Shown piece by piece: positions 8,986-15,774 of a stretch of DNA of 24,000 nucleotides. This DNA comes from Acidovorax sacchari (GTDB lineage: Bacteria > Pseudomonadota > Gammaproteobacteria > Burkholderiales > Burkholderiaceae_C). Location of the stretch: assembly GCF_042847045.1 (NCBI RefSeq), contig NZ_AP035783.1:3138937-3162936 (forward strand), read 5' to 3'. The notes beneath the pieces were generated by a model that was given only the letters and a program-made list of their open reading frames with translations, did not search any database and had not been told where the DNA came from. The first letter of the stretch is position 1. Every line of letters starts with the position of its first letter. The translations under genes were made by a program, and so were the position numbers.

Positions 8986-10544
8986 CATTCCTTTCCCCCC
9001 TCTGCGGGCGCACCGCCCTCCTGCCGCTGGCCGCCCCGCCCCAGGCAGGCCCACACGGCCAGCGCCGTCACGGCCGTCACCACCGCCAGCCCCTGCGCCA
9101 GCCGCGAAAACGCCGCTTCGTAAGCCTCCACCAGCGCATGCGGGGCCACCGCCGGCACCAGGGCCATCGCATCCTCCAGCCGCCCCGCCCCCAGCAACTG
9201 CGCCACCGGATGCCCCTGCGCGGCGCCGGGCAGTCGGGCCTGGATCAGCCCCGCCAGCACGGAACCGACCACCGCCAGCGCCACGCCCTCCCCCGCCACC
9301 CGCGTGGTGCTGAAAATCCCCGCCGCCATGCCCGCGCGCTCCGGCGGCACCACGCTGACCGCGAGGCCATCCATCAGCCCCCAGGGCAGGCTGATGCCCG
9401 CACCGATCACCACCATCGCCGGCAGGGCCTGCACGCCCGTATGCGCCGCGGTCAGCCACAGCAGGCCGGCCGCGCAGGCCAGCAGCCCCACGCCACACAG
9501 CACGGCCGGCGACCACCGGCGTGCCAGCCGCCCTGCCACCAATGGCAGCACCAGCAGCGGCGCCGACAGGGCCACCATCATCCATCCCGCACGGCCCGCG
9601 CCCATCCCCTCGATGCCCGCGAAGCGCATCGGCAGCAGCACCAGCAGCACGACGAAGGCATAGGCCGGTGCAGCAGCCAGCAGCTGGATGCCGAGGAAAC
9701 GCCGGTAGCGCAGCAGCGACAGATCCAGCAGCGGCGCTACCCCACGCTGCTCGATGCGCGCGAAAACGCCGAACAGCAACCCTGCCACCGCGAGGCCGCC
9801 GATCACACCGGGATCGGCCCATCCCGCCTGCGCTGCCGCGAGCACGGCGCAGGTCAGCACGCTGAGCGCCAGCGTGAACGCCACCGCGCCGCCCGTATCG
9901 AAGGCGTGCGCCGCTGGCGCCCGGGTTTCCCGCAGCGCGCCCCGGCCCAGCAACACCGCCACGCCCATCACCCCCATCACCAGCCCGAAAATCGCCCGCC
10001 ACCCGAACGCCCCCGCCAGTGCGCCGGCCGTGACCGGCCCCAGCACCAGCCCGATGCCGAACGCCGTCCCCAGCCAGCTGAACGCGCGGGTGCGGGCCTC
10101 GCCGTCGAACTCCTGGGCCAGCGCGGCGGCGCCACCCGCGAACACCGCCGCACCCGCCAGCCCTTGCAGGCCGCGCAGCGCGTTGAACACCGCCATGCCC
10201 GTGGCGAACGGCAACGCCGCCGATGCCACGAGGAACAGCCACGCCCCCGCCATGAACACCCGGCGGCGCCCCATGCGGTCCGCCAGCGCCCCGGCCGCCA
10301 GCAGGCAACTGCCGAAGGCCAGCATGAAGGCATTCGTCACCCAGGCCAGGGACGCGGCGGACGCGTGCAGCGCGTCGGCGATGCCGCCCAGCGCCACGGC
10401 CGGCCCGGTAAACACCATCGGCATCGTCGCCGAAGCCATGCAGACGCAGGCGAGCACACGCAGGCGCCGGCCCCGCTCCGGATCGAGCGGGGTGCCGGGG
10501 GAAGCGGTAGAGAAAGTCGGGGTGTCGGAGGACAGTTGGGACAT
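8952..10544 (-). CDS. MFS transporter (drug:H+ antiporter-like, probably 14-TMS DHA2 type)
   Basis: Very hydrophobic Gly/Ala/Leu-rich ORF with MFS motif A (GALADRMGRRRVF). The start is taken at ATG 10544 (MSQLSSDTP...), leaving a ~208-bp divergent intergenic region to the LysR gene; the alternative start is 10658. The 3' end overlaps the tRNA-Gly gene on the opposite strand. Confidence 0.8.
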   Translation of the reverse strand: MSQLSSDTPTFSTASPGTPLDPERGRRLRVLACVCMASATMPMVFTGPAVALGGIADALHASAASLAWVTNAFMLAFGSCLLAAGALADRMGRRRVFMAGAWLFLVASAALPFATGMAVFNALRGLQGLAGAAVFAGGAAALAQEFDGEARTRAFSWLGTAFGIGLVLGPVTAGALAGAFGWRAIFGLVMGVMGVAVLLGRGALRETRAPAAHAFDTGGAVAFTLALSVLTCAVLAAAQAGWADPGVIGGLAVAGLLFGVFARIEQRGVAPLLDLSLLRYRRFLGIQLLAAAPAYAFVVLLVLLPMRFAGIEGMGAGRAGWMMVALSAPLLVLPLVAGRLARRWSPAVLCGVGLLACAAGLLWLTAAHTGVQALPAMVVIGAGISLPWGLMDGLAVSVVPPERAGMAAGIFSTTRVAGEGVALAVVGSVLAGLIQARLPGAAQGHPVAQLLGAGRLEDAMALVPAVAPHALVEAYEAAFSRLAQGLAVVTAVTALAVWACLGRGGQRQEGGAPAEGGKECGAGEGNRTLV

Positions 10545-10752
10545 GGTGGAAGAGCGCCCGAAGGCAGCACAGGAATGCGAGACGGCCAATAAGGGAAGGA
10601 CAAGGCCACGGCACCAAGCGGTACCAAGCCGGATGTGGCGAAGATAGAACTTCCGCATTCGATGAAAAACAGGCCCCGCCTCCGATCAATCCGGAAGAAA
10701 ATTCCGCAATCAACGCGCCCAGCGCAGTCCCACCAGAACCAGGCCACCACCC

Positions 10753-11736
10753 ATGGACACCCCCTCCAGCCTCTCCGCCCTCCTGGCCTTCGTGCGCACC
10801 GCGGAGCTGGGCAGCTTTGTCGCGGCCGGCCGCGCGCTCGGCATCTCGGCCTCGGCCGTCGGCAAGGCCGTCGCGAAGCTGGAGCAGGAACTGGGCGTGC
10901 GCCTGCTCCAGCGCAGCACCCGCCGCATCGCCCTGACGGAAGAAGGGCGGCAGTTCCACGAACGCTGCCGCCGCATCCTGGACGACCTGGACGACGCCCG
11001 CGCCATGGTGTCCCAGTCGGCCGCCGTACCACGCGGCCGCCTGCGGGTGAGCGTACCCATCGTCACCTACCACCTGCTCCTGCCCCTGCTGCCGGAGTTC
11101 CTGGAGCGCCATCCCCAGGTGGAACTGGACATCGACTTCAACGACCGCATCGTGGACCTGATCGGCGAAGGCGTGGACATCGCCATCCGCAGCGGCGACC
11201 TGCCCGATTCACGCCTCAGGAGCCTGCCCCTGCGGCACTACCGGTCCCTGCTCTGCGCATCGCCCGACTACTTGGCGCGGCGCGGCACCCCGGCCACCGT
11301 GGGCGACCTCGCGGACCACGACGGCATTGCGTTCCGCTATCCCAATTCAGGGCAGTGGCTACCCTGGCCGCTGCCGGGAACCGGAGGGGCCACGGTGCCA
11401 GAAGAGCCGCCTCCACCGCTGTCGATGTCGTCGGCGCCATCGCCATCCCCCCTGCCCCGCCTGCGCCGGGTCCTCGGGTTCAACAACATGGAGGCCGTGC
11501 GCGGCGCGGCGCTGGGCGGCCTGGGGATCGGGTGCATGCCGGATTTCCTGGTGGAGGGGCCTTTGCGGGACGGGGCCTTGCGGCAGGTGCTGCCGGATCC
11601 AGAGGGACGGCCGGCGGGACGGTTCCGGGCGGTGTGGCCGGCGAGCCGGCAGTTGTCGCCGAAGGTAAGGGTGTTTGTGGATTTTTTGAGGGGGAGGTTG
11701 GGGGATCGACAAAGAACCATTAAATCGATGGCTTGA
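10753..11736 (+). CDS. LysR-family transcriptional regulator
   Basis: N-terminal HTH (LLAFVRTAELGSFVAAGRALGISASAVGKAVAKLEQELGVRLLQRSTRR) and a LysR substrate-binding domain. Divergent from the MFS gene. Contains a Pro/Ser-rich insert (EEPPPPLSMSSAPSPSPLP). The last ~10 codons lie in AT-richer DNA. Confidence 0.9.
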   Translation: MDTPSSLSALLAFVRTAELGSFVAAGRALGISASAVGKAVAKLEQELGVRLLQRSTRRIALTEEGRQFHERCRRILDDLDDARAMVSQSAAVPRGRLRVSVPIVTYHLLLPLLPEFLERHPQVELDIDFNDRIVDLIGEGVDIAIRSGDLPDSRLRSLPLRHYRSLLCASPDYLARRGTPATVGDLADHDGIAFRYPNSGQWLPWPLPGTGGATVPEEPPPPLSMSSAPSPSPLPRLRRVLGFNNMEAVRGAALGGLGIGCMPDFLVEGPLRDGALRQVLPDPEGRPAGRFRAVWPASRQLSPKVRVFVDFLRGRLGDRQRTIKSMA

Positions 11737-11830
11737 ATTTGAAAAGCACGCCGATTACCGTCTGTGAAAGCGGGGCAACTTCAAATTCAGCTGCACTTCA
11801 GGTTTGAGACCGCCGCATGAAATGCTTTTT

Positions 11831-12301
11831 CTATTCATAGTTAGGCGCATAGGGGAATTTTTTTCTAAACTTATCAATCCACCCTCTCACAGAGGGATTA
11901 TCCCTATTTGACCCAACCTCTATCTCATTCCCATTTTTATCATACTTTACCCAATCAAGCACCCGGCCAAATTCGCAGTGAGACTTTTGAAAAACAAATC
12001 CATTTTCATACCACTCTATATTAGGACCGTGAGCCATCCCCGCAAATGACACCCACTCTTGGCTTTTTTTCCCATTCTCGTACCACCATTCACCTGGACC
12101 ATGGACCATACCATTCAAGTATGACCGCCGAGATTCCAAACGGCCATTTTTATAATAAGAAACAGCAATACCAGAAAATGGAATACCATTATACTGAAAT
12201 CCATAATGATCATCTTCCAGATCATCAATATGAACCTCTTTTTTTGGTGCCTCACGGCTCCAATCGTAAGAATCATCATGGCTGGACATAGTGGACACCA
12301 T
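11831..12301 (-). CDS. Putative immunity protein, YwqK-like MORN-variant repeat protein
   Basis: 156-aa ORF in AT-rich DNA. Repeats of the pattern G....YY.NG / NG..HG....WYENG (YYKNGRLE, NGMVHGPGEWWYENGKK, GMAHGPNIEWYENGFV). The start (12301 or 12289) overlaps the stop (12276) of the upstream deaminase-like toxin ORF. Confidence 0.6.
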   Translation of the reverse strand: MVSTMSSHDDSYDWSREAPKKEVHIDDLEDDHYGFQYNGIPFSGIAVSYYKNGRLESRRSYLNGMVHGPGEWWYENGKKSQEWVSFAGMAHGPNIEWYENGFVFQKSHCEFGRVLDWVKYDKNGNEIEVGSNRDNPSVRGWIDKFRKKFPYAPNYE

Positions 12302-14284
12302 TCAAGATATAGTCACAATGGGGGCATGCCGGCTTATACGTACCACGCATTGCAGCCGCTTTAGTCTCTATAGTAGAGACGGCTATTTCACTCAGTTTAG
12401 CACCAGGTCTCGCCAGAAGCAACTCATTCACAGCATAAATCTCCGAATGAGACCCCGCTGCAGCAGACTTTTGATAGCCTAAAAGAACTTCTTCCGGCAT
12501 TTTATCAAGCCGCGAAGTCAATGTTTCATCCATAACAGCTGGAATAGCTCCTCCCTTATTATTCAAGCCAAAACTAACCTGACCAGTCACCATATCTTGA
12601 GCGACAGTAAATGCAGGTTTCAGACTATTTAGAGATTTCCCAGCAGCTTGCATTTGCTCATAAGCCGCCACAGTCAGTTCCTTCAGAGCTTCTGCCTGCT
12701 GAAAAGTCATATCGGCTGCATTTGCATTTGACCGGAAGGCTTGAGACATCTTTATAAGAGCCCCCTCAATGCCTTCCCCAATAGCGCCACCAGCAGCTCC
12801 GAGATCTGCATTCCCAATACGCCCTAAAGCAATGCCAGCGACCACATTAAATTTGAGAGACCCGCCTGTTTGTGCTAAGTTATCGTTCTGAATTACCGGC
12901 GCCAGATTGTATACCTCACTCGATCTAAATCCTGCAAACTCTCCCTCAGCAACAACGCCTGATTTTTCTAGCAAGATGCTATAGCCATCAAGACTAGTTT
13001 TCAGCCCATTTACCGCACCATTAAATGCATCCACCCCAAAGTTAACAAAACCATTGCGAACACCTATCAATCCATCCTTCGGACTTCCAAAAACTGCAGA
13101 GCTCATACTACCAAGAGCGTATCCCACCCCCCAAACTCTGCGCTATACGAGCAGTTAAATACAGCGTTGGCGACTTAATATCAACAGCGTTATCCTGAAT
13201 ACTCTTCCAATATCGATTTATAGAATCTTGAAAAGATGATCCACTTGATTTACGAGGTCCCAAACTCCCAAAAATCGAAGCCAACGGATTAGTGATCTCT
13301 GGCTCTGGCTGTGCGGATTCCTCTCTCAGATTCGTCCGGGCTTGCTCTGCGCCCCCCGACGCCACCGCCCATGGAGCCAGCGCCGTGCCTACCGGCAGGT
13401 CATGTTGCAACACCTGGTTTGCCCGCGCTCCACTATCCCAGTCCGTATATTGCGACCACTCGTCTTGGTAAACCCCATTGCGCATTTTTCCGCCCCCCAT
13501 CATCTGCGAGTCTGCAATGAGCCAAGGTAAATAGGAACTCGCGGCTTGGTCACCGTAGTATTCCAGCGCATTACCGAATGTCATCGATGACTGGGGATGC
13601 GACTGCATGTAGTCGTATGCCGGCATGATCGGATCAACTCCGGCAGCTTGATAACGCTGCGCGATGGACTGGTTCGGATTGCCGCCGGGTTGCTGAGTCT
13701 GCGCACCTGCCAAGGCATTAGCGCCGGTATCAAGGATGGCGGCGCCCATTTGTTGTCCCAGGGCGTTCCCGAAAGCGTCCACAGCCACTTGCTGGATGCT
13801 CACCCGCCCGCCTCGCGCCACGGCCGCGGTCATACCCGCAGCCATCCCGCTGAGCGTCCCTCGGGCCCAGGCGGCTCCCGTCTGGCCAAGCCCATCGAGC
13901 CACGTAGCTCCCTGCAGCGCACTCCCGGCCGCGCTGCCCGCAGCCGCGCCCGCCGCGCTCGCGGCCACACCCCGCCAATCGAAGCGGTCTTGCAACCCCG
14001 TCGCAACGCCAATGCCCTGCGTAATCAGGTTCGTCGTGCCCATCTGCACAGCGGCGCCCTGCCAGCCCGCACTGGCTCCGCTGAAGCCCGATAGGTACTC
14101 CACTCCCGAGGCAACGCCTGCACTGATCGCCGACAACGCGAGACTCTTCCAACTGATGCCGTTCTGGGACCCCACCAGGTTGCCCATCATCTGCCCTGCG
14201 AGGTTGCCAATGACGGGGCCAGCAAAAATGCTGACCACGACACTGACGACGACCACAATGATCTGCCCGACGATCCCGCAGTCT

Positions 14285-14775
14285 CCCCCGTTCGCCGGCA
14301 CCGGCAACACCGGATCCATGCTCCCCATCGCCTGGCTCGGGTCGTACGGCTGGAACGTCTCCACGCTGTTCGCGTTCAGCGCCAGCTTGGGCACCGTCAG
14401 CGTCTGCCCCGCCGTCAGCGCCCCGTCGCCCGACACCGCCAGGCTGTTGGCGTCCGCGATGCGCCACCACAGGCTCGCGTCACCCAGCACGTTGCGCGCG
14501 ATGTCCTTGAGCGTCTCGCCACCCACTACCGTGTAGGCCACCGGGTCCAGGCTCTTGTGGCGCGGGCGGATCTGCGCGGCCTGCAGGCGGAAGTCCGCCG
14601 TGTCCACGTACGCCGGGTTGTTGGCCTGGGGCGTGTTCTCTTCCTGGGTGGGTGCGTCGCCGTAGCGCGCCAGCACCTCGCCGTTGGCGACCAGTTGGCG
14701 CTGCACGTGGCCGGGGGTCAGGGCACTGCCGGTCACCCCGCCCTGGTAGCCCGAGGCCGGGTTGGCGATGCTGCT
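14285..14775 (-). repeat. Copy C of a ~491-bp near-identical constant segment (LysM-coding region), in orphan 1
   Basis: Aligns without gaps to 17852-18342 and 22441-22931. About 10-20 mismatches per pair by hand count. Confidence 0.85.
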
Positions 14776-14873
14776 GTTCACCTCGCCTTGCGCGTTGAAC
14801 CCGCCCTGGTCGCCGCCGCGGCGCGTGAGGGCCGCGCTCTGCTGCCAGCTGCCGTTCAAGTACGTGTACTGGT

Positions 14874-14973
14874 GGGAACCTCTCAAAACCCCGATCCCGG
14901 GGACATCGTGCTCTTAAAAATCAACGAGTTACGGCGCTCCAGCCTGCGAATTCGGAGGTTTTGAGAGGTTCCC
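14874..14973. mobile_element. 100-bp MITE-like insertion with perfect 17-bp terminal inverted repeats and a 4-bp target duplication
   Basis: GGGAACCTCTCAAAACC (14874-14890) pairs with GGTTTTGAGAGGTTCCC (14957-14973). TGGT flanks both sides (14870-14873 and 14974-14977). The uninterrupted site in the main gene reads GTGTACTGGTAGGTCG (about 23203-23218). Confidence 0.7.
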
Positions 14974-15329
14974 TGGTAGGTCGTCGTGGTGGTACCGCCG
15001 TCTCCGTCCTGCCGCACGCCTTTCAGGTTGCCAGCCGCGTCGTACCCCAGGCCCGTCACGCCGCCGGCATCGTGGTACGCCACATCCGAGCGCTGCGACA
15101 CTTTCTGATTCCGACTCCTGAATTAGGGGTCGATCTCATGTTGAGCCTCCGGGGAACTCGAAGCGGCTTACACGGTGCTGGACTGCGCCCAAAAGGCGGT
15201 GGCGATAATCGCCCGCTCATCATTGCTGGACCAGCGATAACGTGAGGCGATCCTCAGGCTGAAGTGTGTATTGCAAAATTATCCGAGGCTCAGGCGTTGC
15301 ACTTCAAATTTGAGACCGCCCCATATATC

Positions 15330-15422
15330 CGGGGCGAAGGCGGAGCACCCGTTCCGGGTGATCAAGCAGCAGGTCGGTCACGCCAAGGTGCGCTATCGGG
15401 GGGCTGTCCAAGAACAAGGTCA
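15330..15422 (+). mobile_element. IS5-family transposase gene remnant (3' fragment)
   Basis: Translates to [26 protein letters not shown], against [29 protein letters not shown] in the intact IS5-family transposase at 18829-19791. There is no upstream transposase sequence. Confidence 0.6.
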
Positions 15423-15424
15423 GG

Positions 15425-15763
15425 TCACTTCGGCGCCAGTTTCGGGGGCAAAGAGTTCAACCAAGGAATTTCATCGTCTTCCTTGTCTTGCAGTATGGCG
15501 GCCATCTCAGCTGCGGTCAGCCAAACACCATGAGCATCTACATAGAATGCCTCTCCATTTACGAGAGATACCTCCTTGGAAATGGCTCGAAGATTTCTCC
15601 TAACAAGAAGTTCATTTGAGACCCTCTCCGTAAATGAAAACAATCCTTCGACCGTTGGCATCTCGCGCTCGTCCTGCAGAACGAAGCTTCGGGAACCTGT
15701 GGCTGACTGGATCAGAAGCAAACGATAGCGTTGGTCACTACAAATATCTGACGGCTTCCACAT
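15425..15763 (-). CDS. Putative immunity protein for orphan toxin 2 (no recognisable family)
   Basis: The start is taken at ATG 15763 (MWKPSDICSDQRY...) with a strong GAAGGAG 6 nt upstream, 12 nt after the toxin stop (15775-15777). 112 aa, AT-richer than the flanks. The longer tracked ORF (to 15823) would overlap the toxin. Confidence 0.6.
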   Translation of the reverse strand: MWKPSDICSDQRYRLLLIQSATGSRSFVLQDEREMPTVEGLFSFTERVSNELLVRRNLRAISKEVSLVNGEAFYVDAHGVWLTAAEMAAILQDKEDDEIPWLNSLPPKLAPK

Positions 15764-15774
15764 CTTGCGCTCCT

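Larger units (their letters stand above)
12276..15115 (-). pseudogene. Orphan toxin cassette 1: 5'-truncated YD/LysM/TM/Gly-zipper module with a C-terminal deaminase-like domain, broken by a MITE and a frameshift
   Basis: Homology to the main gene starts at SQRSDVAYHDAGGVTGLGYDAAGNLKGVRQDG (about 15101). It is interrupted by the 100-bp element at 14874-14973 and continues as ORF 13108-14886. It shifts frame at a C6 run (13127-13132) into ORF 12276-13127. HSE lies at 12441-12449 and CPHC at 12315-12326. Confidence 0.75.

Noticed and set aside
8912-11740. tRNA-Gly as the integration site (attB) of the toxin island
   Set aside because: About 2.7 kb of high-GC core-like genes (MFS, LysR) separate the tRNA from the AT-rich locus. 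I found no direct repeat of the tRNA 3' end at the locus boundary, and no integrase is present in the window.
11811-11830. Possible rho-independent terminator (GCAT-GAA-ATGC followed by TTTTTC) after the LysR gene
   Set aside because: The stem is only 4 bp and AT-containing, too weak to call.
12046-12482. Small plus-strand ORFs (12046-12291, 12291-12482) antisense to the immunity and deaminase-like genes
   Set aside because: They are short and antisense to better-supported ORFs with recognisable motifs. They have no ribosome-binding site or motif support.
15271-15603. 110-aa plus-strand ORF between orphan 1 and immunity 2
   Set aside because: Only about 25 residues ([21 protein letters not shown]) are meaningful, and they are a transposase C-terminal remnant. 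The rest overlaps the minus-strand immunity ORF and has no start context.
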